64,000 bases of DNA from a virus (IMGVR_UViG_3300037714_000266:1-64000); one strand, 5' to 3'. Numbered from the stretch's first letter, positions 9,067 to 18,420 are shown. Made by a program: numbers and translations. Notes: generated from the letters alone by a model not told the origin.

Positions 9067-9716
9067 GAGAGCAGCGGATCTTGGATCCCTGCATGCGCAA
9101 ACCCCTCGGCGCGCACTTGGCATGCCAAGCAGTCGCCGCATGGCGATGGGATGCCGATTTCACGCACATGCGCTTTGATGAACCGCGGATCGTAGCAACT
9201 CCACGTCAACGGAAGGACGTCGGGCCGGGCCTCGGCGAGACGACGAACGATGTCGGCCTTGTCGACGTTGACCAGAGGCGCTTGAACCCGAACCGTCAAC
9301 CCCGAGGCATTGAGGACGCCGTTCCATGCCTCGATGAAGTCTGGTCGGCAGTCAGGAAACCTTTCGAAATCGGCGGCACACGCGCCGATCTGAACCACGT
9401 CGATCCCCAACCTCTCGGCACACGAGCATGCGAGCGAAAGAAACCCAGCATTCCTCCCTGGCACAACCACACTCGCCCCTTCACCCACGAGCGCTCCGCC
9501 GAAGACGTGTCCGGTGATGCACGCTTCGATGTGCAGAATGTTGAGCGTGAATGCGATCTGTGCAGCGCGTTTCGATTCGACCTCATGACGCTGGCCATAG
9601 AGGACCGACAGGGCGGTCACGCTGTACCCGTTCGCTACAGCGGTGGCAGCGAGACACGCGCTATCCAACCCACCTGAGAGCAGGATCAGTACGCGAGAAG
9701 TAAGTCCTTGAGCCAT
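9063..9716 (-). CDS. queC: 7-cyano-7-deazaguanine synthase
   Basis: LLSGGLDS, YGQRH..E, VPGRN, FPDCRPDF, TWSCY...CGDC.AC..R. Confidence 0.93.
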   Translation of the reverse strand: MAQGLTSRVLILLSGGLDSACLAATAVANGYSVTALSVLYGQRHEVESKRAAQIAFTLNILHIEACITGHVFGGALVGEGASVVVPGRNAGFLSLACSCAERLGIDVVQIGACAADFERFPDCRPDFIEAWNGVLNASGLTVRVQAPLVNVDKADIVRRLAEARPDVLPLTWSCYDPRFIKAHVREIGIPSPCGDCLACQVRAEGFAHAGIQDPLLS

Positions 9717-9723
9717 CCGTCCG

Positions 9724-10185
9724 TCACCTTCTGCCAGTCCACACAGCCTGTGGGGCGCCATCTGAGCACCACTCATGGTTGTTGAGCATGTAGATCACTT
9801 TTTGCGCGTGCCATTTCACCCAAGGTCCACGCCACACACGCATGTACCTCTTTACCTGGTTGAATGACAGCTCCTCACACGAATCTGCTGCCAGATGCGC
9901 AACCTCGTCGTAGGTCAGCCGTATGCCATGGTTTCGAAGAACGGTACGCTCGACCAGCCACGATGCCACTTCGAGTCGCTCGGCGATTGGCGTTGGAATA
10001 GCCATGAGGAGATCGCCCAAATCCACGCTATCGCACGGCCGGTGGATCGGGAACGTCGCCACGTGACACAGTTCGTGGATCACAGATTCTTCGTTCCTGA
10101 TGTCTTTCGGAATGAAGGTGTCGAGCGCAAGGCCCCAGTTCGATGCGACCCATGCGCAGTTTTTCTTGAGTTCGTCGACGCTCAT
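9724..10185 (-). CDS. Hypothetical protein with an HExxH motif
   Basis: VIHELCHVA. Confidence 0.5.
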   Translation of the reverse strand: MSVDELKKNCAWVASNWGLALDTFIPKDIRNEESVIHELCHVATFPIHRPCDSVDLGDLLMAIPTPIAERLEVASWLVERTVLRNHGIRLTYDEVAHLAADSCEELSFNQVKRYMRVWRGPWVKWHAQKVIYMLNNHEWCSDGAPQAVWTGRR

Positions 10186-10388
10186 CGACCCAGTCCTACC
10201 GCAATCCAAAACTCAGACTCTTCATGAGCCCGTCGTTGCTCGATGCGTGCCTTGCCGCGCTTGCGCAACTCGTAAAGCGCGAGTCTCACTGCGTCCTCAT
10301 CGGCGCCCAGGTGATCAGCTAGGATCGGGAACGTTGTCGGTCCCACCTCACTGAGCGCCTTCTTGACCTTTTGGTAGAGGGTCGCCAT
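10182..10388 (-). CDS. Small winged-helix-like DNA-binding protein
   Basis: LADHLG...AVRLALYELRKRGK pattern. Confidence 0.5.
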   Translation of the reverse strand: MATLYQKVKKALSEVGPTTFPILADHLGADEDAVRLALYELRKRGKARIEQRRAHEESEFWIAVGLGR

Positions 10389-10829
10389 CAGTCCTCGTAA
10401 GCAGGACAGAGTTCGCCGTCCTCATTGATCGCCCAACCATGGTCATCATGAGGAGCGGGACAGAGTTCGCCGCGCTCATCGATCGTCCAACCTTGGTCTC
10501 GACATGATTGAACCATGTCGTCGTAGGACTCGGATGCTGTCGAGTGCACCTTGGCCTTACAAAGGCGACAGTACACGACCAGAAAGGTCGGACTGGAATT
10601 GTGGAAGATCGGCATCAGTCGCTTCCGTGGGCGGGGCAGATGTACTCCACGCCCTCGTCGTCGATCGTCCAACCCTGATCCCGATACGACTGGATCAGAT
10701 CGTTGTAGGTCTCTTCGAGATCCTCGAACGCAGCCTGCTGCGAGGTGGTGCATCCGTTAATGTCACAGACCAGGTTGATGAACATCGGCATCGTGGTTTC
10801 CTTTTACGTTGAAGGCGCCTCGTTGCCCT

Positions 10830-11684
10830 TTACCACCTTTGGGCAAGGTTCCTCTCACTCTCTTGGCGCCAGAACTCAACGACCTTGTCGGTCAACAGCT
10901 TCAGGGCATCAACCGAGTTCTTGATCTTCGAACGATGCTTAGTGACCTCCACGAATAGACCAGTAGGGACGTGCGTGACGCGCACGCCAGTCATGTTGGC
11001 ATTGACGCCGTGTGTAATCATGATGCCAACGTCATCTCGAACATCCGATTCGATCGAGCGCGTGATCTCAGATGTCGGCGAGTTGAACAACTCGCTTTTG
11101 CACGTGTCGAAGCCCAGGAAGATCTCTCCGTAGAAACGGCTTTCGCTGTCGAGATCGCGCCGAAGCCCCATCTTCTTGAGACGAGCCTCATCAGCTTCTA
11201 CGGCGCGCTTGCCAGCCATCTTGAGCACCTCGGCCGCGATGCGAGCTGCGCTGGGTAGCGGCGTCCCGTCAAAGAGGATGTCGGACTCGATACGCGCGGC
11301 GCTGAAAATGTCGGATCCGACCTTGGTAAGATCGGCTTCGTCGTCGCTCAACATCGACCGAGCCTCGGCGCCATCGAACCGCCCATGCTCTCGCGTGAAC
11401 TCGCGGACCCACTCATGGAGGCGTTTTAGGAACACGTCACGAAGGGCCTTTGGTGACTCAGCAGGAGTCAGGACGACGGTGAAACATGGTGGGACTGGCT
11501 TTCCTTTCGGCGGGCCCTCCAGACCGATTCCGGTGCCGCGCCATGCCATCTCACCCAACCCCAGCGTGTTGTCGAAGACTGGATGAGCGTCGTCGATCCG
11601 GATCTTCGACCCATTCGACTCCACAATGAAACTCACTTTGCTACCGACCGGCGTGGTCGTGACGGTGACATCGAGTACGTTCAT
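10830..11684 (-). CDS. Protein with a C-terminal peptide-release-factor (RF-1 domain 3)-like region lacking GGQ
   Basis: VN.N.TGVRVTHVPTGLFVEVTKHRSKIKN..DAL.LL resembles the RF1/RF2/ArfB segment VN.TDSAVRITH.PTGI.V..Q..RSQ..N; own RBS and promoter. Confidence 0.65.
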   Translation of the reverse strand: MNVLDVTVTTTPVGSKVSFIVESNGSKIRIDDAHPVFDNTLGLGEMAWRGTGIGLEGPPKGKPVPPCFTVVLTPAESPKALRDVFLKRLHEWVREFTREHGRFDGAEARSMLSDDEADLTKVGSDIFSAARIESDILFDGTPLPSAARIAAEVLKMAGKRAVEADEARLKKMGLRRDLDSESRFYGEIFLGFDTCKSELFNSPTSEITRSIESDVRDDVGIMITHGVNANMTGVRVTHVPTGLFVEVTKHRSKIKNSVDALKLLTDKVVEFWRQESERNLAQRW

Positions 11685-11692
11685 GCTGCCTC

Positions 11693-11720
11693 AGACTACG
11701 CAATGGTTAGCAATAGTCAA
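11693..11720 (-). promoter_or_regulatory. sigma70-like promoter
   Basis: TTGACT-N16-TAGTCT immediately upstream of the RF-like gene. Confidence 0.65.
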
Positions 11721-11723
11721 GCG

Positions 11724-12320
11724 TCATCGAACGCTGGGGACGTGTTCATCGCACCGGTAAAAAAAGGGTTCATAGCCTCTGGCTACCCACACGGCGCGAG
11801 CTTCGCACGTGAATTGGTCACAGGGGATAGCCGCATCGCTGTAGGGTTCCCACCCCTTGTCCACGTCTGGAATTGGCGGAAGACCCGGATATGGCTCGCT
11901 CCACCACCATCCGTCCCACCCCACGTCCGACTTGGGTTCGTCTTTGTGCATGTAGACGAGGCGTCCTGAAAGGTCTTGGGCGCCATCTAAGAAAGCCACG
12001 GGATAGAGGCCGGGGCGACGCGGGATCTCTTTCTGCCAGTACCCGCTCATGAACCGCTGCCACTCGTCGTAGGGTCGCGAGTTGCATTTCGGGCAGTGGT
12101 GGCTGCTGCGATGGATCCCAGTTCTTCGAGCTGTCTTGTAGACGATGCCGGGGATGTCCGCGCCGAAGCACGGTAGACCACACGGCGCATCGTGGGGATG
12201 AAGGCTCCAATTGGACTCGATTGTGTAGGCGCCGATGAACTCCACCTCCTCAAGTTTCTGACCGCACGCCCTACAGGCGTTCACCCTGGTCTTGCCGGAT
12301 GCTACTTGAGGCTCGCTCAT
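11724..12320 (-). CDS. Hypothetical Cys/Trp-rich protein ending in a YRCDEHVP module
   Basis: 198-aa ORF. Confidence 0.6.
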   Translation of the reverse strand: MSEPQVASGKTRVNACRACGQKLEEVEFIGAYTIESNWSLHPHDAPCGLPCFGADIPGIVYKTARRTGIHRSSHHCPKCNSRPYDEWQRFMSGYWQKEIPRRPGLYPVAFLDGAQDLSGRLVYMHKDEPKSDVGWDGWWWSEPYPGLPPIPDVDKGWEPYSDAAIPCDQFTCEARAVWVARGYEPFFYRCDEHVPSVR

Positions 12321-12528
12321 CCTACGATCATCTCGCCGCTAGAGAATTGCAGACATGAATCCGGATCGGGCGCGCACTCTCGAACAACAATGGTGTGCAG
12401 GACGCGCTTGCGGTCGTAACGAGTCATGATGAAGAGCCAAAGCCTGTAGCGCGACACCGAGTCTCCGCCGCCATTACATAGGGTCTCGAAGGTTCCCATG
12501 GACATCGACCCGATGGACCGGGTTTCAC

Positions 12529-13698
12529 TCATGGCGCTACCGCGCCGCGAAGATCTTTGCATGGCGCACACGTGGAACATTCAATGCTTCGCTCCCAAGC
12601 CAACACCTGTTCGCGTGAGTTGTAATCCACCACGAAGTGAGCCCCAGTTCTCACCGCCGCTCTGACGGCTTCGTCGTATCCGCGATGATCGGTCCCAATC
12701 ACGGACCGAGAGAACTGTCCGAGATTTGTGGTTAATTCGATCACCCCGGTCGGCGGTCGTTCGCCATCGTTGTACGTCATGATAGAGAACCAGACGCGGG
12801 AAACAGCGAGTGTTCTGTCAGTCGGTTCGAGCGTCTCGATCTTGAGCGGACCGATGTCATGCGGGGCCATTTCGATGCGTGACTGGCTCGCATCGTTGGC
12901 GTCGAGATGAACGACCGCCACCGCTTCCGTTGTGATGCTCGCCGGACCAGGGTCGGGTTTCGGCAGATCCTTCGACACCAGAAGCCCGACGGTATGGATG
13001 TGCGGCCGAAAGGCGGTCCCCAGTTCCTCCGTCGTGAACAACATCGAGAAGGTCTCGACATCCAGAATCGGCCAGGCTCTGGTCCCCTGAATGAGCAACT
13101 GGCCCTTCTGTGGCGCTTCCTTGGTACGGAAAAAGACAACGTGCCCGCCGTTCGGTACCCGAGGCGCCGGGTCGATCGTATCGACGTGGTCAATCTCGAT
13201 CTCTTGCCTCGCACCGAACATATCCGAAGACCCTCCCTGGATGACCGGCTTCATGGCCGACTCCGCTGGATCGATCTTGGTCTGCTCGGCTATGGTCGGC
13301 CGGTAGTCGCCCACGGGTGCCTCTGAGGTCCGGCGCCGACACCAAAGGCTCACCTTCCAGTTGGCGAGGCTCTCGGGTTCCGAGTGGTCTGGGACGTGGT
13401 GGGCCTGGATGATCCAGATGGCCGGGTCGAAGGGCGGCCTGTTCGGCGATCCGGCATTCAACCCCTCCTCTTTCATCCGGTTCCGGATATATGCCTCGAC
13501 GTGACCCCGTATGTCGTCCGGACTCGCTGACTCCCATACCGAGTTATTGAGAGACTGAGACAGCTCCTTGGCCCCGTTCATCTCGATGGTCGCGCAGAGC
13601 CGACCAAGCGTCTCCCACTCCTGCCGGTTGAGCGCCTCGGTTCGACCGATTTCCGCTAGGTGCGGCATCTTGATGGTCTTGATCACCACAGATCCCAT
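12529..13698 (-). CDS. Hypothetical protein (389 aa)
   Basis: Long ORF in operon orientation; no recognised motif. Confidence 0.6.
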   Translation of the reverse strand: MGSVVIKTIKMPHLAEIGRTEALNRQEWETLGRLCATIEMNGAKELSQSLNNSVWESASPDDIRGHVEAYIRNRMKEEGLNAGSPNRPPFDPAIWIIQAHHVPDHSEPESLANWKVSLWCRRRTSEAPVGDYRPTIAEQTKIDPAESAMKPVIQGGSSDMFGARQEIEIDHVDTIDPAPRVPNGGHVVFFRTKEAPQKGQLLIQGTRAWPILDVETFSMLFTTEELGTAFRPHIHTVGLLVSKDLPKPDPGPASITTEAVAVVHLDANDASQSRIEMAPHDIGPLKIETLEPTDRTLAVSRVWFSIMTYNDGERPPTGVIELTTNLGQFSRSVIGTDHRGYDEAVRAAVRTGAHFVVDYNSREQVLAWERSIECSTCAPCKDLRGAVAP

Positions 13699-13988
13699 GG
13701 GTTCGTTTGCGGATTCGGTGGGTCGTTCTTCAACCCGGCCTTGAGTCTCTTCAGCTTCAATTGGACGTCCCTGATAGCCATGGCCAACTCACTCAACTTC
13801 GCCGAGACCGCCCTGCCAGAGTCGAAAGTGGCCTCGTCGATGCTCCCGTCCGCCATGCCTTCGGGGGGTTGGTTCTGGGCCTTGGCGAGCACCTCGCTGA
13901 CCGCCTGAGCAAGCGAGTCGACCTTGTCGGGTGTGAGCGCTCCGACAAGCTTCTCTAGTTCATCACGCTGGCTCACTCTTTCCCCCAA
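13683..13988 (-). CDS. Hypothetical helical protein
   Basis: Operon packing; coiled-coil-like. Confidence 0.45.
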   Translation of the reverse strand: MGERVSQRDELEKLVGALTPDKVDSLAQAVSEVLAKAQNQPPEGMADGSIDEATFDSGRAVSAKLSELAMAIRDVQLKLKRLKAGLKNDPPNPQTNPWDLW

Positions 13989-14042
13989 CAGGCGTTTGGG
14001 CGCCCGATGCCCGAATGTTTCTTCACTCCGCCAGTGAGTAGA

Positions 14043-14786
14043 CTAACCATTGCGCAGCACGTCCTCGATCGCGGCGATGGCGTCACACTGCGCCTCGGGG
14101 TCGTTGGCGTCCCAGGCTTTGACCATCGCTCGCGCGACGGCCCGCGCCTCATCCCTCTCTGCTGCGCAGTGGTCGAGGGCCTTGGTAAGCGCCTGCACCT
14201 CCCTGATCGACGCATCGAACAGCTTGTGCAGTTTGGTGTTCTCTGCCGTGAGGCGCTCTACATCGCCGAAAAGACCGGCAGCTCCGCCTTCCAAAAAGGT
14301 GAGCGAATCGAGAAACAGATCGCGCTCTCGAATGAACGCCTCGGCCGAATCTGATCCATGGACCGCGTTAGCCGGCATCTCAGATCCGTACATGGAGCGT
14401 AAGGTCTTGTCGTTGGCCGATGACTTTCGGGACTCCATTGGATCTGTGGGTCCCATGAGGTTACGCCATGTTTCGATCGCAGCGACGCCCTCGAAGCATG
14501 CGAAAACAACCGGCCCAGAGCACTGGAAATCGATCAGGTCTTCGTAGAACGACTTGTCCTTGTGCTCTTCGTAGAATTTCTCCCAAAAAACCCTTGGGAC
14601 AGGGCCTTCGCTCATGAACATCCAGATCAAATCCAAAGACCACTGCCCAGCTTTTGCGATGATCTCGCCGACGTTTCCGTCCCTGACGGCGTCGGGTTTG
14701 ATGATGGCGAATGTGCGTTCGAGATCAGAGCACAGGAACGTGCCCTGATGGTCTTGCGCCTCTGTGGCGCCAACGTCGTCAGCCAT
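14043..14786 (-). CDS. ndk: Nucleoside-diphosphate kinase with a C-terminal coiled-coil extension
   Basis: ERTFAIIKPDAV, FYEEHKDKSF, SGPVV, R.LMGPTDP, NAVHGSDS (catalytic His). Confidence 0.92.
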   Translation of the reverse strand: MADDVGATEAQDHQGTFLCSDLERTFAIIKPDAVRDGNVGEIIAKAGQWSLDLIWMFMSEGPVPRVFWEKFYEEHKDKSFYEDLIDFQCSGPVVFACFEGVAAIETWRNLMGPTDPMESRKSSANDKTLRSMYGSEMPANAVHGSDSAEAFIRERDLFLDSLTFLEGGAAGLFGDVERLTAENTKLHKLFDASIREVQALTKALDHCAAERDEARAVARAMVKAWDANDPEAQCDAIAAIEDVLRNG

Positions 14787-15204
14787 TGGACCCAACCCTC
14801 GCTTCCCACCCCTCGCGTGCAAGCACGGTGTCGATGGCATCGGCATACGCGTGAAGCGCCTGTCCAGGGGTCGTCGCGTTGTCGAAGTCGGCCGCGAACT
14901 CGCTAACTGGGTGGGATAGATCGACGAGGCTGTCGCCGATCTGGATCTTGGACGGACCGATGAGTCGTACGGGACCCGAAATCACCCTGACCCGATAGAA
15001 GGGGTTTCCATCGTCGGAATCGTCCTCCTCTCGCGGCTCGATACTGAGCACCAATCGATTGGGCGAGAAGACCCACGTCCTCAACCGATTGTAGATGTGA
15101 CCGGCGACCTGTTCGTGAGTCAGGTCTCCTCTGAGGGCGATTTTGCCGTCCGGATCACGCCTAAAGAGTTCATCGACCAGATCCTTGGCGAAATTACTGA
15201 GCAT
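14779..15204 (-). CDS. Hypothetical protein
   Basis: GGAGA RBS before MLSNFAK. Confidence 0.5.
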   Translation of the reverse strand: MLSNFAKDLVDELFRRDPDGKIALRGDLTHEQVAGHIYNRLRTWVFSPNRLVLSIEPREEDDSDDGNPFYRVRVISGPVRLIGPSKIQIGDSLVDLSHPVSEFAADFDNATTPGQALHAYADAIDTVLAREGWEARVGSNG

Positions 15205-15522
15205 CTCTGTCTCCTTCTCCTGCTGCTTCTTCTTCTTGAATCCACTCGACCTCACACGACTGAACTACATCGGTGACGCCCTTGAATTTGCTGCGGATGA
15301 TGTGCTTCGCACGCCCGATACAGTCATCGCTCACGTAGAAAAGAGGCGTGATGTGATCGCCGTTCGCGTTGATCCCCACAATCTCATGCAGATCCGCCTC
15401 GTACTTCATGGGCCACTCGTAGCCGCACCCCACACACTCGACCCAGAACAGATCCCACGGCTTGCCGTTGGGGTCGACAATGGGCCCTTGCTCAAGCCTG
15501 ACGTGGCCGCCGAAGAACGAAA

Positions 15523-15930
15523 TCACTCGTTTTCTCTTTGTGCAGACGTCTGCACCTTGGGGCGCTTGGGCCAAGGACCACCGCACGACCCACAAACGCC
15601 GGTTTTGGGCACTGGTTCACCAGATCCGACGTACGAATCGAGCCCCAAAGAACTGCAATCGGCACAGGTCATCGAACCGGACCAACCAACGATGCTGTAT
15701 TGCATCGCAGGTCTTTCAGATTCGGGTCTTTCACGGGAATGCTCAGGGCACAGATGGGAATCACCAAACAAATCACGCTCCCAGCCTTTTGGCGTCTCCT
15801 CTACTCCGACGGTGTAAACCGTGCCGAACCGACTCGCGGTCAAGCGGCATTTCGTTATCGCGACGGCGTCGCACTGGACATCATTCGAGTCACGAAACTC
15901 GCACGAAATGACTGCTTCGAATCGGATCAC
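15523..15930 (-). CDS. Hypothetical Cys-rich protein
   Basis: Several CxxC motifs; operon packing. Confidence 0.5.
   Translation of the reverse strand: MIRFEAVISCEFRDSNDVQCDAVAITKCRLTASRFGTVYTVGVEETPKGWERDLFGDSHLCPEHSRERPESERPAMQYSIVGWSGSMTCADCSSLGLDSYVGSGEPVPKTGVCGSCGGPWPKRPKVQTSAQRENE
15540..15555. repeat. 16-bp palindrome GTGCAGACGTCTGCAC, copy 2 of 5
   Basis: Read directly. Confidence 0.95.
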
Positions 15931-16304
15931 GAAATCTGCTCCTCAGGCTGGTTTCTATGCAAACGACATTTCCAGACCACCAACCTCGGGTTGCTGTAGT
16001 CCTGGTGGTGCGCCTCCACTTTTTCGGTTCCGCACACCACGCATGGCTTTTTCTTGAGCTTGCCACGGCTCACCAAGACGTTGGTGTAGGCCCGGCACCT
16101 GGTCCTCCGCCTCTGCTCCTCAGTCATGTCCGCGTAAGATGGTCGGTTGGCCGCCATCCACTCCCGCTGATAGACCCGCCGACACTCTCGGCAGTACGAC
16201 CCGTCGACCTTGGGTCGCTCCTCGCACCGCGGACAAATCCCGTCGTGACGGCGTAGTTTCTTCGGGCCGCCGCCCCACTTCGACCAGAAGTCCTCCGTGT
16301 CCAT
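15927..16304 (-). CDS. Zn-binding/HNH-like phage protein
   Basis: CPRC..C..C N-terminus; PCVVCG...EAHHQDY..P..V.W.C..H. Confidence 0.55.
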   Translation of the reverse strand: MDTEDFWSKWGGGPKKLRRHDGICPRCEERPKVDGSYCRECRRVYQREWMAANRPSYADMTEEQRRRTRCRAYTNVLVSRGKLKKKPCVVCGTEKVEAHHQDYSNPRLVVWKCRLHRNQPEEQIS

Positions 16305-16327
16305 GTTTCCCGGGAAACTCTAACATA

Positions 16328-16717
16328 TCAGTCATCGACCTCGTTGAGCGATCTACAACCAAAGGGGGCATCAACAAGAGGTCGCTTGGCGAGAAAATCG
16401 TCGATGTCGAACACCGGCAGTGCGAGGGTTTGTGCCCAACTCACCTCCAAGTCAGCGCCGATCGATGGACCTGGTCGTCTCACCAGCGCCCCGACGTGCC
16501 TTAGCCACTCCTTGTTCATGGTCAACCACCAGTCTCGCGACTGCGGCGCAACCATGTCCCAGAAGATATTGAGGTGGGGCACGTAGGGCACGTAGCCAGC
16601 ATCTCTGATGCGACCGGCGTCGATAATGGCGTTTCGGACGTGGATTTGCTGCTCCTCGCCTGCACCCATGATCGGACCGGCGAGGAAGATGAGGTTGTTC
16701 TTGAGCGTCTTCATCAT
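16328..16717 (-). CDS. DUF4406 / nucleoside deoxyribosyltransferase-like protein
   Basis: IFLAGP, PYVPH, S.GA.LE..WA..L.LPVF. Confidence 0.65.
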   Translation of the reverse strand: MMKTLKNNLIFLAGPIMGAGEEQQIHVRNAIIDAGRIRDAGYVPYVPHLNIFWDMVAPQSRDWWLTMNKEWLRHVGALVRRPGPSIGADLEVSWAQTLALPVFDIDDFLAKRPLVDAPFGCRSLNEVDD

Positions 16718-16721
16718 CGCC

Positions 16722-17117
16722 TTACTTCTTCCAGTGTCCTGGTTTCAGCTCTTCGGGAAGTACCTCATCGGGGTCCACTGAACCACAGAGACGATCGAAC
16801 AACTCGTCGAAATTGACCTCCCCTTGCGCCAATCGAGATCCACCGAACACGATGTAATGGCTCTCGCCGCTGCGCCGCTTGGGCAGCCAGTAGATGGCCT
16901 TGACGCCGTGTTTTTCAATACTGGACTTCCAGTAGGCCACCCAGAGTTGGAACGTTTTGGGCTCTCTGACGCCAACTTCCGAAGGCAAAAGGAACCTAAA
17001 CTTCAACGGTCCCTCGGCCGAGCGAAGAATAACGCCGATGTTTTTGGCCTCCCCGCGCATGAGATCGCGCTCGTAGCGGGCGATGTACCACTGAACCTCA
17101 CGGGCGTGACCGATCAT
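16722..17117 (-). CDS. DUF3037-like protein
   Basis: YIARYERDLMRGEAKNIGVIL resembles the DUF3037 N-terminus. Confidence 0.45.
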   Translation of the reverse strand: MIGHAREVQWYIARYERDLMRGEAKNIGVILRSAEGPLKFRFLLPSEVGVREPKTFQLWVAYWKSSIEKHGVKAIYWLPKRRSGESHYIVFGGSRLAQGEVNFDELFDRLCGSVDPDEVLPEELKPGHWKK

Positions 17118-17761
17118 GTCAACCGATAGATGAGCTGAGCGAACTTGGCCACGTACTCTTTGACCTTCTCCTCAGACCAGGCGTGAATGAGCGCGTACTC
17201 TGGGTTGAAGGTCTTGGTCACGTCCTCGGCCGCGAATGTGTCCTTGGCCGCCTCCAGCCACAGCGAAACGAGCACACCCTCTGTAGGCTCAACCTGAACG
17301 ACCGCGACTCGCTTCCGGCTCCCGAGGATGAACCGGTACGGCCGATCCAGAACAGTGAACTCGTACCATGGCTTTTTCGAGTAGGCGTCCGACTCTGGCC
17401 AGTATCGGTTTGGGATCTCCTTCATCCGGAACGGTAGCCGGATGCCAGTCTCGAACAAACCGGTTCGAGCGCTGAAGAGAGCGTTACGAAACTCAGCGCG
17501 TTCATTGAGCGAGATATGTCTGACGAGGCATGTTTCGTGAACCCATTCCTCGACGAGCGACCAATGGATTTGGTCGGACAGAGACTCGGCGTTGGTCTCC
17601 CATCCGTAATTACAGATCCGACAGATCATCTCCCGGACGTCGACGATGATGGTCCCGGTTTTGCCCCGTCCGTCTTTGGTTCTGCGCCAACACCAGAGTT
17701 GGTCGAACTGGTCGAATCCGACCATCTGATCGTCAGTGAGGGGTCTTACGATGTCGTTCAT
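17114..17761 (-). CDS. Hypothetical protein
   Basis: Operon-packed ORF. Confidence 0.55.
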   Translation of the reverse strand: MNDIVRPLTDDQMVGFDQFDQLWCWRRTKDGRGKTGTIIVDVREMICRICNYGWETNAESLSDQIHWSLVEEWVHETCLVRHISLNERAEFRNALFSARTGLFETGIRLPFRMKEIPNRYWPESDAYSKKPWYEFTVLDRPYRFILGSRKRVAVVQVEPTEGVLVSLWLEAAKDTFAAEDVTKTFNPEYALIHAWSEEKVKEYVAKFAQLIYRLT

Positions 17762-18411
17762 GCTTTCTCCGCTGTCTCGCTCTTGCTCTGACAGAAAGCG
17801 TCCCACTCCTCTTTCCAGCCATCGCGCTCGGCACAGCACCCCCTCTTTTCTCTGAGAACATCACGAAACACATTGCTGAAACTGCATTCCACACTCGGAT
17901 CGACGCGGATCTCGCCCGGCGTAAACCTGGTCGCCGGCCAGTCCTTGTGGGCCTCGCAGACCTTGTAAGACACGTGCTTGCCGTCGATGGTGCCGTGGAC
18001 GCAGTAGGCAACGTTGGCGCCGCAGCATGGACCGCGCTCGTACATCGCAGAGTCCCAAGGAAGGGTGTTCGTCTTGATGGCTTCCCATTCCTCGTCGGTA
18101 GGAGGGCGAAAGCCGCCGTTAGCAGAAACGTCGTAATCATCCCACGGATCAGTTGAGTGCTCCTGGTGCCGAAAGTTGATTCGGTGGTATCGAAACCAAC
18201 CCTCCCAAATCGACACACCCTCCGGAGCGTCATCGAGTCCGAGATCGCTGATATTCCGCCCCACGGCGTCGATCTCATGTTCCAAATGGCCGCCCACGAA
18301 ATGGATCACAAAACCATTGCCGTCACCGCCGCTCACAATCACGGCACGGTTGACGCGATCGTAATCGTAATCCGGAGCCTGCACTGTGGTTGATGCATTT
18401 ATCGTTGACAT
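17758..18411 (-). CDS. Hypothetical early protein
   Basis: Directly downstream of a consensus promoter. Confidence 0.6.
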   Translation of the reverse strand: MSTINASTTVQAPDYDYDRVNRAVIVSGGDGNGFVIHFVGGHLEHEIDAVGRNISDLGLDDAPEGVSIWEGWFRYHRINFRHQEHSTDPWDDYDVSANGGFRPPTDEEWEAIKTNTLPWDSAMYERGPCCGANVAYCVHGTIDGKHVSYKVCEAHKDWPATRFTPGEIRVDPSVECSFSNVFRDVLREKRGCCAERDGWKEEWDAFCQSKSETAEKA

Positions 18412-18420
18412 TACGCTCGT

